This document shows positions 19,507-28,736 of a stretch of DNA of 64,000 nucleotides, in pieces (position 1 is the first letter of the stretch; each line of letters opens with the position of its first letter). A program made the position numbers and the translations under genes. A model generated the notes under the pieces. The model was not told where the DNA came from and did not search any database. It was given only the letters and a program-made list of their open reading frames with translations. This DNA comes from a virus. Location: positions 45,691 through 109,690 of IMG/VR virus record IMGVR_UViG_3300042914_003164; one strand, written 5' to 3'.

Positions 19507-20139
19507 GTGATTTACCCAGCAACCCTCAACATTGAGATACTGCAAAACTCTACCTTCAAGGTGGTGTTCAGGGTTCTTGAGCGGTATCAACCAGTAAAGC
19601 TTCTTGATATTGTTGGCGGGAACCCATTCTTCAGTGTTCCATGTCACAAGCTGACTGCTAACACTAAGGTCGTCTTTGTTCCAATTGGCTCTGGATCTGC
19701 CAACCTGCTTTCCGACTCCCTCGATCCAGATATACCCTGCGGGATCAACCTTAATTCCGTCTATTTTGTCAGCTCAACGGGCTTGACAGGTGATGTTTTC
19801 ACCGTATCAGCGACAAGTGGTGGTTCGCCAATTACGGTATCTGAAGAATGTTGCGAAAACCCCGCTATATGGGTTGGGCAGCCAAGTAATCTAACAGGTT
19901 ATACACTTGACGCTGACCTCGTTGATCCTGTCACCGGGACACAGGCGGCAACATTCACCTGCACGCTTGAGGATGCGGCGAATGGTCTTGGCAGTGCATC
20001 TATGACGCCAGCCGTGACTTCACCACTGCAAGTGAAAGACTACGTGTGGGACCTCTCGCTAACAAATACCAGTGGTGAAAGGTACTATTATCTCACTGGC
20101 GCAGCACCAATACGACGGACGTACTCCCGTAACACCTGA
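19507..20139 (+). CDS. Virion structural protein (baseplate/BppU-like C-terminus)
   Basis: NLTGYT...DL...F..T..DAANG...T..L....YVWDL.LT...G.RYYYLTG motif. Confidence 0.55.
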   Translation: MIYPATLNIEILQNSTFKVVFRVLERYQPVKLLDIVGGNPFFSVPCHKLTANTKVVFVPIGSGSANLLSDSLDPDIPCGINLNSVYFVSSTGLTGDVFTVSATSGGSPITVSEECCENPAIWVGQPSNLTGYTLDADLVDPVTGTQAATFTCTLEDAANGLGSASMTPAVTSPLQVKDYVWDLSLTNTSGERYYYLTGAAPIRRTYSRNT

Positions 20140-21428
20140 TGACAGCTATTGCACTTACAGAGATTGTTCAGCCGCTTATAGCAGCAAATGAGGCTGCAAG
20201 TGCTGAGACAGCAACCGTCAACGGCGAGTCTGTAGCGACTGTTGCCAACGCTTCATCGGTAGCCCAGCTTTCCGTCTCTCCAGAAGGCAATCAGATTGAC
20301 GTTACCACCGAAGGAGCTTCGGAAGTTGCTGTTTCGGTGGCAAATGTAGAAGACGCTGCAATGGCGGCATTGGCACCATCCAAGATGGTCGTCGTTGCGA
20401 TGAAGGGGGGTATCGGGGCTGACGGCGGCGATCAATCAATTAGCCTGCAGACCCTTGAGTACACTACCGCGAGTTTATCACCCGGCAGCACAGAAGATTT
20501 TATCCTAGAGTCAAGTCCGCTATTTGATCTTCTGACGGTATTTTCAGCTTACCCGGCATGGATTCGTGTTTACGGCACGAGCGCTGCCAGGGCAGCTGAT
20601 ACACGAACCAGCCCAGGCGGAACACCGCCAGCAGCCGGAACAGATTTCTACGCGGAGGTTGTAACAACACAATCGCGCAAGACCATTCGACTCTCTCCAA
20701 TTCCTATGATACAGGGAACGAATGGTCAAGTTTTTCTTCGCGTAGCTAATTTGGACACCCAAAACAGGGAAATTTCACTCACCCTAAATACCTTGCAGTA
20801 TAGCATACCTAGTGGGCCGCCGGAGCCGCCGGAGCCGTCATCTGCTTTTTATTGGGATGAGTTCCTAGTGGAGTCCACGGGGAATGAAAACGTAGTGGGC
20901 GCAGCGGAAGACGCTACGGCAACGACCCTTCTGGGGCAGCCAAGCGTATCCGCAGAGCAGGTGCAAGTATATATAGAAGAAGGACTAATTGAATCCGGTC
21001 AAGGCTCTGATTTTACTTACGAATGGTTTGTGTCTGGTATTGACTCGCTTAATTCAGCGCAAGAAGAATATGTGCGCATTGCTGTACGAAATAGCGACAA
21101 CAGCCAGGCAAGCGAACTGGGAGTCGCAGGAAGCAAAGCAATAGCGGGAAAATCGCAACCGGGATCCTACGATGAATCATCAATCCAGATGGACCTAACC
21201 GGGATGGTTCATTTGTGCATACAAAGAGTCGGCAATATGTATTATTTGCAAGCCAAGGGCCAGCTTGTTGATTCTTTTTCTAACACAATTTCAGGCTTTT
21301 CCTTGTCTGCGTTTTATAGCTCGGCCACCAACGCTGCAACTTTTGGCCAAGGCCGTTTTACCTCTGGCGCCGCCCTCTACGGCACCGGCAACTTCACCCC
21401 GCCCACCGAGGCGTTCTACTCCCCCTGA
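20139..21428 (+). CDS. Tail fibre-associated protein with a LamG/ConA-like C-terminal domain
   Basis: H.CIQR.GN..YL...G and RFTSGAALY..NFTPPT.AF C-terminal motif. Confidence 0.5.
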   Translation: MTAIALTEIVQPLIAANEAASAETATVNGESVATVANASSVAQLSVSPEGNQIDVTTEGASEVAVSVANVEDAAMAALAPSKMVVVAMKGGIGADGGDQSISLQTLEYTTASLSPGSTEDFILESSPLFDLLTVFSAYPAWIRVYGTSAARAADTRTSPGGTPPAAGTDFYAEVVTTQSRKTIRLSPIPMIQGTNGQVFLRVANLDTQNREISLTLNTLQYSIPSGPPEPPEPSSAFYWDEFLVESTGNENVVGAAEDATATTLLGQPSVSAEQVQVYIEEGLIESGQGSDFTYEWFVSGIDSLNSAQEEYVRIAVRNSDNSQASELGVAGSKAIAGKSQPGSYDESSIQMDLTGMVHLCIQRVGNMYYLQAKGQLVDSFSNTISGFSLSAFYSSATNAATFGQGRFTSGAALYGTGNFTPPTEAFYSP

Positions 21429-21433
21429 TCATC

Positions 21434-22495
21434 ATGGCCTGCACCAAGGAAACCTACACCGCTACAGCAACCTGGACTGTATCGCAACTGGCCGATTTGT
21501 TCCGCGATGCGTTTATTGATGCTGGGCTGATGACAGCATGGTTCGATTCGTTCCTGAGCGACAGCATCGAGAATCGGATTCTGGAAGTCACCTACGACGG
21601 GACCAAGACGTATGGCAAAACTTACTACTGGTTCATGTTTGCCACTACTGGCGTGTGGTTGCATGTGGCGACAGGGTGGAATGCTGCGACGGATCAGCCA
21701 ACTGGCACGCAGTATCTGGACTTCTTCGCCACCACGACAAACGCAACAGCCAACCACTGGCAGATGCTCGCTGCTGCTACGACCAACACCGTGGAGCTGG
21801 TGCGCTACACCAGTGGCGTGGATGCGGATCAGAGCTGGTTTGTGCTTAAGACTAGCGCAACCAGATTCTGTTTTACCATTGTGAATGACGCCATGACAGT
21901 GCAGCCGTGGATGGATTTGGCGAAGGGATTTTTTGCTGGGTTTAGTTGGGTTCTCCCCTACTGCGCTGGCCCTTCAGCAACAAATCGCAGATTCGGAACA
22001 TTGACCTTTGTACGAGGCCCCGGCCTCAGGAGGGATTTGACTGCTGGCACGTTTTTGAATGGGGTCACTGACGCAAGCGCTTACAGCTTGCAAACTGCAC
22101 GCATAGGTACAATTTGTTATGGAGCGGTTGGCAACCAATCAAACCAATTTACATTGAACAGCGACGCCTTTGACACGACCGGCGCTAGTGCAATAAGCGC
22201 TTCCTTCGGAGCCCGCCCCGGCGCCATCATCCTCCCCAATAACTTTAGCGGCACCAATCCCGCCTTCACCAGCAACAGCAATCCTGTATTTCACAGTATG
22301 CCGTTCATGCCATACATCTCTGAATCGCTGCCCGCTGATTTTGGCCTGACCTTCCACTACGCCACCAACTCATTTAGCCAAGGCGACACGTTCGTGGTCA
22401 GCGCTAGCACTGAGGAATGGGAGGTGCTGGACTTTGCCGCTAACGGCTCTGCTGTGACCGGCGCCTCTCCGCTGTTCCTCGCCCGGATGGTCTGA
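21434..22495 (+). CDS. Putative virion/fibre protein
   Basis: 353-aa T/A/aromatic-rich ORF, translationally coupled within the tail cluster. Confidence 0.5.
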   Translation: MACTKETYTATATWTVSQLADLFRDAFIDAGLMTAWFDSFLSDSIENRILEVTYDGTKTYGKTYYWFMFATTGVWLHVATGWNAATDQPTGTQYLDFFATTTNATANHWQMLAAATTNTVELVRYTSGVDADQSWFVLKTSATRFCFTIVNDAMTVQPWMDLAKGFFAGFSWVLPYCAGPSATNRRFGTLTFVRGPGLRRDLTAGTFLNGVTDASAYSLQTARIGTICYGAVGNQSNQFTLNSDAFDTTGASAISASFGARPGAIILPNNFSGTNPAFTSNSNPVFHSMPFMPYISESLPADFGLTFHYATNSFSQGDTFVVSASTEEWEVLDFAANGSAVTGASPLFLARMV

Positions 22496-22722
22496 TGGCG
22501 ACGATTAACCAATCCCCTGCAGGTCAGGCCAGCGTCACACTCTCGGGGATCAGCTTCAACGGCATCACGGCCACCGCTACGCCGGTTCGCACTGGCCTGC
22601 GGCTCGCTGTTCAAGGCGGGAGCTTTGCGGTCAATCTTGGCTGTTCACCCCAACCACCCGGCCCAACTATTCCCACCACAGGCCAGATTTGGCCTTTGGG
22701 TATCCCTGTTGTAACTGCTTGA
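22495..22722 (+). CDS. Small hypothetical (probably structural) protein
   Basis: TGATG coupling; PT.GQIWP.G C-terminal motif. Confidence 0.5.
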   Translation: MATINQSPAGQASVTLSGISFNGITATATPVRTGLRLAVQGGSFAVNLGCSPQPPGPTIPTTGQIWPLGIPVVTA

Positions 22723-22764
22723 AAATTGGCACGGCTATGATTGACCTATCTATGGCAGGGCGCC

Positions 22765-23283
22765 ATGAGACTTCTCGGTTCAATTCTTGAATCCCCACTG
22801 CTAGGCTCCATTGCCAACAGTGGAAGCCCTGCAATGAAACGGCAACCGAGCCTTGCCCCAACTTTCCTTGGCGGTGGCCTGCTCGCTGGCGTAACAGCAT
22901 TCTTAATCGGAGGCTACAAAGTTGTTGACTGCGTTCGCTACCAAACAGCTCCCGGCCAATGCGATAAAGCCATTGATGCAAATGCTCCTGCCATAATCGG
23001 CGGTGCTGCTGCAATCTTCACTGGTTGGGGAGGCTTCAATACTTACAACAGAAAGCTACATGAAGATGATCCCGTAGCACCAGTGGTAGATAGACGAAGC
23101 CTTGCAACTGATACGCCCGAGTCTGAGCCACTACAAAGCGAGCTACCAAGCAAAGAAAGCATCGAGAACTACATGGCGCTTGGTGCGACTCAAGAAGAGG
23201 CGGCCAGATTCTTTAGAACCACCAGATACCAGATTCGCAAAATCTTAAACAAAGAAAAATCTACCAGGGACCGGGGCCGATGA
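22765..23283 (+). CDS. Two-TM membrane protein (holin candidate) with a C-terminal HTH-like motif; start 22765 or 22834
   Basis: Hydrophobic segments FLGGGLLAGVTAFLIGG and IIGGAAAIFTGW; GATQEEAARFFRTTRYQIRKIL; upstream of the endolysin. Confidence 0.5.
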   Translation: MRLLGSILESPLLGSIANSGSPAMKRQPSLAPTFLGGGLLAGVTAFLIGGYKVVDCVRYQTAPGQCDKAIDANAPAIIGGAAAIFTGWGGFNTYNRKLHEDDPVAPVVDRRSLATDTPESEPLQSELPSKESIENYMALGATQEEAARFFRTTRYQIRKILNKEKSTRDRGR

Positions 23284-23594
23284 TTACTAAAGCATCAGAA
23301 TTCTTAGCCGCTGGAACCATCGCATTTATCTGGCTGGGCCTACAGGAAGCGCTTATCAAACCTGCGGCCAAGAAGTTTTTCAAGCGAAAAGTCATCAAGT
23401 ATGCACCTGTTGCGATGCAGTTCCTTGATGAGCAGATGCCGAGAATGATTGTCCAAAACGACGGCAAAACCATGGAGAGGTCTCTAATGGAAAGACTTGA
23501 ATCAATCACAGGCGAAAGCTGGAAAAAGTCGGAGATTGATGAGTTTTTCTCGATCTATGATGCTCGTATCACAGCCGACAAACATCCGTCGTGA
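23280..23594 (+). CDS. Membrane-anchored protein in lysis cassette
   Basis: N-terminal hydrophobic helix; overlaps both flanking genes. Confidence 0.5.
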   Translation: MITKASEFLAAGTIAFIWLGLQEALIKPAAKKFFKRKVIKYAPVAMQFLDEQMPRMIVQNDGKTMERSLMERLESITGESWKKSEIDEFFSIYDARITADKHPS

Positions 23595-24799
23595 CGAGCA
23601 AGATACCCACCAACAACTACGTCAACCATTACGACAAGTATAAGGCTCATCACCGAGCCTTCTTCCAAGCAGTTCTCGACCGTGTTGCCGAACTGGACCC
23701 TGAAGCCCTTCAGCCTGGGGGCGACCTGAGGGACATCTGGGTAGCCGCTGTCGAGGCGAAGGCCCCATCACCCACCCCGAACGACATAGCGCCCGCTGGC
23801 AGCCCCCCTGGGGCTCCCGTGACGTGGGAGAGCATGATCGAGCTGGCCAGGGTAGCTGGAGCCCGCTACCCGGAGCTTGTGGCGGCTCAGGGGGCTCTGG
23901 AGTCGGACTGGTACAGAAAGCCCTCTGGCACGCACAACTACTTCGGCCTCAAGGGTTCTGGAACCACAAAGTCAACACAGGAGTTCATTGACGGCAAGTG
24001 GATCACAATCAAAGATGGCTTCCTCAACTTTGGCAGCCCTAAAGAGGCTGTTGAATACCTTGTCAGCAGGTGGTACAAAAACTTTAAGGACTACAAAGGC
24101 GTAAACAATGCGCCGACAAGAGAAGATGCCGCAAAGATGTTGAGGACGGAAGGGTACGCAACAGATCCTGAATACGACAAGAGCCTCGTTCGCATTATGA
24201 ATGAAAGGGCTCCCGCTGCAAAGCCTGTTACAACAGCTCCTGTCAAGCAGGGCAGCTCCCAGCTTATCGTCATCCCAGGTGCCGATGGGCCAAAGAAAAC
24301 ACCAGCCGATTTCGGCTTCAAGCCTGGCGATTTCCATGTTGTTGTCAATGATATAAAACAGGAGGCCACGGCTTTCGATCATCAAGGCAAACAGCTATGG
24401 AACGTGAAAGCACTGGCAAGAGGGGCTGGATCCGATTACGAATATCGCCACAAGAACACTGATACGCCTCCCGGCATTTATAGGATCGGCCAGGTCTATA
24501 AAGATTATGAACAGGCTGGTGAAAAGCCCGCCTTCAATCAAACCCTAATGTCTTACGGGTGGTACAGCTTTGACCTTGTAGAGCTTGAGAATCAAGAGGC
24601 TAAATATGGTAGAGCTGGAATCATGATTCACGGTGGCGGAAGTGCTTGTGGCTGGCCCGGTGCTTGGGCTCCGATGCAGCAGCTCTTCTCCACTCACGGC
24701 TGTATTCGGATGCACAACCTTGATCTCCGTGATAAGCTCCTGCCGCTCACTAAAAGCGGAGCCGTATTTGTAAGCGTCTTCCAGGAGAAGCTTGGCTAG
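23591..24799 (+). CDS. Endolysin: GH73 glucosaminidase plus YkuD (L,D-transpeptidase-like) domain
   Basis: AAQGALES..., HNYFGLKG, GYATDP.Y (GH73); TPPGIYRIG, IMIHGGG...THGCIRM (YkuD). Confidence 0.88.
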   Translation: MTSKIPTNNYVNHYDKYKAHHRAFFQAVLDRVAELDPEALQPGGDLRDIWVAAVEAKAPSPTPNDIAPAGSPPGAPVTWESMIELARVAGARYPELVAAQGALESDWYRKPSGTHNYFGLKGSGTTKSTQEFIDGKWITIKDGFLNFGSPKEAVEYLVSRWYKNFKDYKGVNNAPTREDAAKMLRTEGYATDPEYDKSLVRIMNERAPAAKPVTTAPVKQGSSQLIVIPGADGPKKTPADFGFKPGDFHVVVNDIKQEATAFDHQGKQLWNVKALARGAGSDYEYRHKNTDTPPGIYRIGQVYKDYEQAGEKPAFNQTLMSYGWYSFDLVELENQEAKYGRAGIMIHGGGSACGWPGAWAPMQQLFSTHGCIRMHNLDLRDKLLPLTKSGAVFVSVFQEKLG

Positions 24800-24854
24800 G
24801 GAAAGTCGCCTCGGCTGGCCTGGCTAGGATCGGGGTGTTTACGCCTCGACTCCC

Positions 24855-25838
24855 ATGCCGGGCTCATTTCTGATTGGGAGGGGACCCAACGGTTCGGATA
24901 TTCCTGTCGCCGTTGACGCAGAGGGGAACTTCGTAATTGCTATTGATGGAGATGTTGAGGTCAACGCAGACCTTGGGACACTCGAAGCCGGTGTAGCCTC
25001 TATTGATGGCAAGCTTCCGGCACTTGTAGATGGCAGTCAGCCTGTAACGCCTGCTGGAATTGTTGATACTGGCAATAGCACTACTGTCAATCTAAATGCT
25101 GGCGCTACTTTTACTGGTACGGGGATTGAGGTTTCGCCCAAATATGGCACGATCTCCGTTTGCATTCTCTCTTCTCATGCCAGTGCCACCAACGGCCTGA
25201 AGCTTCAAGCTTCTCTTGATAACGTCAGCTGGGAAACAATTGAAGAGTACACATATCTTGCTGGCAGCGGCTTAGACTCCTACAGCTTTGCCCCAAGCGG
25301 TCGTTATTTCAGGCTGACCTACACAAACGGTGGCACGACAACCACCAAGCTTGCGATCTTCACCGTTTTGAGGACTGGCTACACCAAGTCCTCTAGCCAT
25401 CGCATTGGCGATGTGATCAACGCGGAGAAAGATGCGGAACTGGTGAAAGCGGTTCTGGCCGCCATGAAACCGAATGGCGATTTTACCGATATTCACTGCA
25501 CGGCAGGCGGGAATCTCAAGGTTTCGGTCGAAGAAACAGAAGGTCCAATCGAGACCGCCGTACCCGTTCGCACTCCCACCACAACCAGTGTGGCCAGCAG
25601 CGCCAGCAACGTAACGATCCTTGCGGCAAACGCCAACCGCAAAGGATTCTCGATCAGCAATATCAGCACTAGCAAGCTGTATTTGAGCTTTACCAATCCG
25701 GCAACAACAGCAAACTGCTTTATCGAAGTACCTGCCGGGGCCTTCTTGCTGCTCGATCAGCAGTGCATTGTTCCGAATGCTATCTACGGCATCTGGGCCA
25801 GCGCTAATGGCGCTGCTCAAGTCACGGAGTACGTCTGA
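24855..25838 (+). CDS. Virion structural/decoration protein
   Basis: NSTT..L.AGATFTGTG, RYFRL.YTNG, LAANANRKG..I.N motifs common in phage structural proteins. Confidence 0.55.
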   Translation: MPGSFLIGRGPNGSDIPVAVDAEGNFVIAIDGDVEVNADLGTLEAGVASIDGKLPALVDGSQPVTPAGIVDTGNSTTVNLNAGATFTGTGIEVSPKYGTISVCILSSHASATNGLKLQASLDNVSWETIEEYTYLAGSGLDSYSFAPSGRYFRLTYTNGGTTTTKLAIFTVLRTGYTKSSSHRIGDVINAEKDAELVKAVLAAMKPNGDFTDIHCTAGGNLKVSVEETEGPIETAVPVRTPTTTSVASSASNVTILAANANRKGFSISNISTSKLYLSFTNPATTANCFIEVPAGAFLLLDQQCIVPNAIYGIWASANGAAQVTEYV

Positions 25839-26305
25839 TGGCTGTTTTACTGACTCCCGGCGCCGCCCCGACCAATGCCGCCCCGCAGCCACTGGCGGCT
25901 ACTGCAACGATCGGTAGCGGCACGGACTACGCCTTGGGGAACCACCGGCACCAGCGTGATACGGATCAGCTGGTGGTCAACCTGAGCGGCAGCAAGTTCG
26001 ATCCGACTGCAGAGAACGGGATTGAAACCTATACGTTCCAGTGGCCTGCGCAGATCCTGGCGTCGGCGCTCAGTGCGGATACTGCAGCATCAGGATCGGC
26101 GTTTCAGGTCAACGCCCGGCTGAATGCCAGCTCGATCTACAGCGTCCGCCCACAGATCGAGGTGGGAAGCACCACGGGCAGCAGCGGCACGCTGGCGATC
26201 ACGACAGCAGCGGCTGGCGACGTTCTGCGATTTGACATTTCACAGGCCGGTGGCGGGTGTCGGCTGGCCAAGCTGTACCTCACCGTGCGAAGGAACGACG
26301 CATGA
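25838..26305 (+). CDS. Putative fibre-associated protein
   Basis: G....YA..NHRH fibre motif; AAGD.LRFDI.Q.G....KL.L C-terminus. Confidence 0.5.
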   Translation: MAVLLTPGAAPTNAAPQPLAATATIGSGTDYALGNHRHQRDTDQLVVNLSGSKFDPTAENGIETYTFQWPAQILASALSADTAASGSAFQVNARLNASSIYSVRPQIEVGSTTGSSGTLAITTAAAGDVLRFDISQAGGGCRLAKLYLTVRRNDA

Positions 26306-26973
26306 CGACTCGAAACTTCGTGCTGCTCGACCAGCAGACCGGGGCGATCCGAAACTATCCGAGGGTTGATGACGACCCAGTACAGGGCCTCGACCCCCGC
26401 TACGCAGTGCTCCGTGTGGTGCGCGAGCCCGCCCCCGAGATTCTCCCCGGCCAGCAGGCCAACCAGACCCGCACGGTGGACCTGGAGGCTGGCGAATGGC
26501 GCTGGGGCTGGAGCGTGGTGGACATCCCGGAGCCGGCGCCAGTTGCTGACTGGAGGACGTTTAAGCGCACTCTGCTGAGCCACCCCGCGATCAATGCGTT
26601 GCTGGGCGGCGGGGTGAGCACAGCCCCGGCTGCAGCGCTCAGCCTGCCTGCCACCCTGCTGGCCGCTGCCGGTGGCGGCGACGTGGACGATTTTCGGGCA
26701 GCCTGGCTGGGCCTACGCCGGCTGGGGCTGGTGTCCGCCGAGCTGCTGCAGGAGGTGCGCGGGCTGGCGATTGCCCTCCACCTGCCCGATGGATTCGTGG
26801 CGGCACTGGGCGGCTCACTGCGGCCTGCTGCAGTGAGCGTGGGTCAGGAGTGGGTGGATGCTGCCGGCGATCTGTGGGTGGTGACGCAATCCCGTGGCGA
26901 GGGCGGGCAGTTCCTGCCGGATGATCCCGCAACCCCTGAACGGGAATCGCTGATCTGGGAGAGGGTGGACTGA
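26302..26973 (+). CDS. Tail fibre assembly-like protein
   Basis: YPR.DD.PV.GLD..Y..L.VVREPAP and W..GWSVVDIP; ATGA overlap. Confidence 0.5.
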   Translation: MTTRNFVLLDQQTGAIRNYPRVDDDPVQGLDPRYAVLRVVREPAPEILPGQQANQTRTVDLEAGEWRWGWSVVDIPEPAPVADWRTFKRTLLSHPAINALLGGGVSTAPAAALSLPATLLAAAGGGDVDDFRAAWLGLRRLGLVSAELLQEVRGLAIALHLPDGFVAALGGSLRPAAVSVGQEWVDAAGDLWVVTQSRGEGGQFLPDDPATPERESLIWERVD

Positions 26974-27164
26974 TGGTGATTATCTGGGTTGGGACGGGGA
27001 GGTTTAGCGCCTACATTGAAGGATTTAGCAGCTTAACTTTTGGTGGGCCTTTTTTCTTCGGCGGCTGGTCTATCGGCACTGCGGGTGAAAATCCGTTTGG
27101 TGTCGGGATCAGAGGCGCTGGTGTAGACGAACCAATCCACGACTCATCCGGGAGCATCATGTAA
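26973..27164 (+). CDS. Small hypothetical protein
   Basis: TGATG and TAATG coupling on both sides. Confidence 0.45.
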   Translation: MVIIWVGTGRFSAYIEGFSSLTFGGPFFFGGWSIGTAGENPFGVGIRGAGVDEPIHDSSGSIM

Positions 27165-28684
27165 TGACAATCTCACCACTTCTCAAGGTCAAAGAACGCA
27201 TCGTCGGCCCCTCTGGGATCTACAACATCCAAAATGAATGGTACGGCTACGCCGACGAGTTCAGATACACGATTGGCCTGGCTGGTCTGATGGGGTTCGG
27301 CGTGGGCTGCTGCCCGCCTGAGCTGCTGCCGGATGACATGGCGCCAATGCCAGGCACAAAGGATCGCTTCAGCCCGAACTACGGCACCTATATCCACCTG
27401 CCTTCGGCCAGTATCATGTGCTTCCTGCCAAAGCACTTTATTGATATTCAAGGCGGCGCCAATACTAATGCCCCGACTTACGGGCAGCCCATCGTCATCA
27501 GCAATGGCCAGACGGGCAACGCGGTGCTGGCACGATCTTTTAGGGACGGCGGTAGCGAACTAGCTGGTGTGTTCATTGACAAGTACCACCCGAGTAATTG
27601 CCGCCCTGACGGCTCTGGGCTGCCAAATCGCGCTGACGCTTCGCCTGGCGGCTATCCAGATAGCGGTGGAGTGGCTGCTTCTAGACCCCTTCATTGGCCT
27701 GTATCGACGAACTTGGGCGGCATCCTTAGGAGCCCGTTCAGCCTGTGCAATAGCACCGTGCTAAATCCTGCGGCCACCACGCCAGCAAACAATCTTGGCG
27801 GCTGCTGGGCATTGGCACGAAGCCGTGGCGCAGATTTCAACCCCGTGCCGATTTGGGTGTATTCGCAGTTGGCGTATCTGAGCCTCGCCCATGCACAGGC
27901 TTTGTTAGGCACCGACGGCCTGCCCATCAGTGGTGCGACCAGTAATGCTGCATGGATGGATGTTGCGCCTTATGCGCCTAAGGGCAGCAACAATAACAAC
28001 TGCGCTGATGTCGACAAAGCCTCGCTGCGGTTTGATCGCACTGACATTACAGGCAACGTCAACAGTGGTCGTGCTGGCGAAGACCACCGCGTCTTCACTG
28101 GTGCCGCGTGGATTGGCAGTGTGTCAACCCCTGCGCTCGCAGACACAACACACAACGGACAGCTCAGTGGCATTGTTGACCTCAATGGCAACCATTGGGA
28201 ATGCGCTCCGGGGCTGACCAATACTGGAGGCAATAACGCTGGATATCGAATGTTGGCGGATTCAGTGGGCTGGAATACTATCAACAGCAATGCCAACATT
28301 TTATCAGCAAGCACAGTAAGCCTGATTGCAAATGTCAGTGACAACGGAGTTTGGTGGACCGATGCCAATGCATGGATTTACATGATCCCGGCGATTGGCG
28401 GAACGTACCACCCGGCCAGCTCGTGGAGCGGTGAGGCAACTAGGCAAGCTATGACCGAGTGCTTGCTGCCCCGTGAACCAGGAACCAGTACGACGCAGAC
28501 GAGAACCAACCGCTTTGGAGGTGATGGCTTGGTCCGGCGTCATCTAAACGACTTGCTGCCTCTTACCGGTGGTGCCTGGGCCAGCGGCGCCGCCGCAGGA
28601 TTGTTTACAGTCATTCTGAACACCAGATCCGGCGACGGCGACGGCGGCTTCGGTGCCCGTTGCCTGCGCCTTCTGTCCGCGTGA
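27164..28684 (+). CDS. Mtd-like / FGE-sulfatase C-type-lectin-fold receptor-binding protein with a DGR-type variable C-terminus
   Basis: GVFIDKY, THNGQLSGIVDLNGNHWE and C-terminal GGAW..G..AGLF...L........FGAR CLec motifs. Confidence 0.8.
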   Translation: MTISPLLKVKERIVGPSGIYNIQNEWYGYADEFRYTIGLAGLMGFGVGCCPPELLPDDMAPMPGTKDRFSPNYGTYIHLPSASIMCFLPKHFIDIQGGANTNAPTYGQPIVISNGQTGNAVLARSFRDGGSELAGVFIDKYHPSNCRPDGSGLPNRADASPGGYPDSGGVAASRPLHWPVSTNLGGILRSPFSLCNSTVLNPAATTPANNLGGCWALARSRGADFNPVPIWVYSQLAYLSLAHAQALLGTDGLPISGATSNAAWMDVAPYAPKGSNNNNCADVDKASLRFDRTDITGNVNSGRAGEDHRVFTGAAWIGSVSTPALADTTHNGQLSGIVDLNGNHWECAPGLTNTGGNNAGYRMLADSVGWNTINSNANILSASTVSLIANVSDNGVWWTDANAWIYMIPAIGGTYHPASSWSGEATRQAMTECLLPREPGTSTTQTRTNRFGGDGLVRRHLNDLLPLTGGAWASGAAAGLFTVILNTRSGDGDGGFGARCLRLLSA

Positions 28685-28691
28685 GCGGACA
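28674..28691 (+). other. Perfect 7-bp hairpin with a 4-nt loop at the end of the variable region (DGR-type cruciform candidate)
   Basis: TGTCCGC-GTGA-GCGGACA spanning the stop codon. Confidence 0.6.
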
Positions 28692-28736
28692 TGCAATGAC
28701 CACCCTGCTTCAGATCCTCGAACAGATCAGAATCGT

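Noticed and set aside
104-28543. Numerous antisense and alternate-frame ORFs over the structural genes
   Set aside because: Shadows of long + strand genes with no recognisable motifs.
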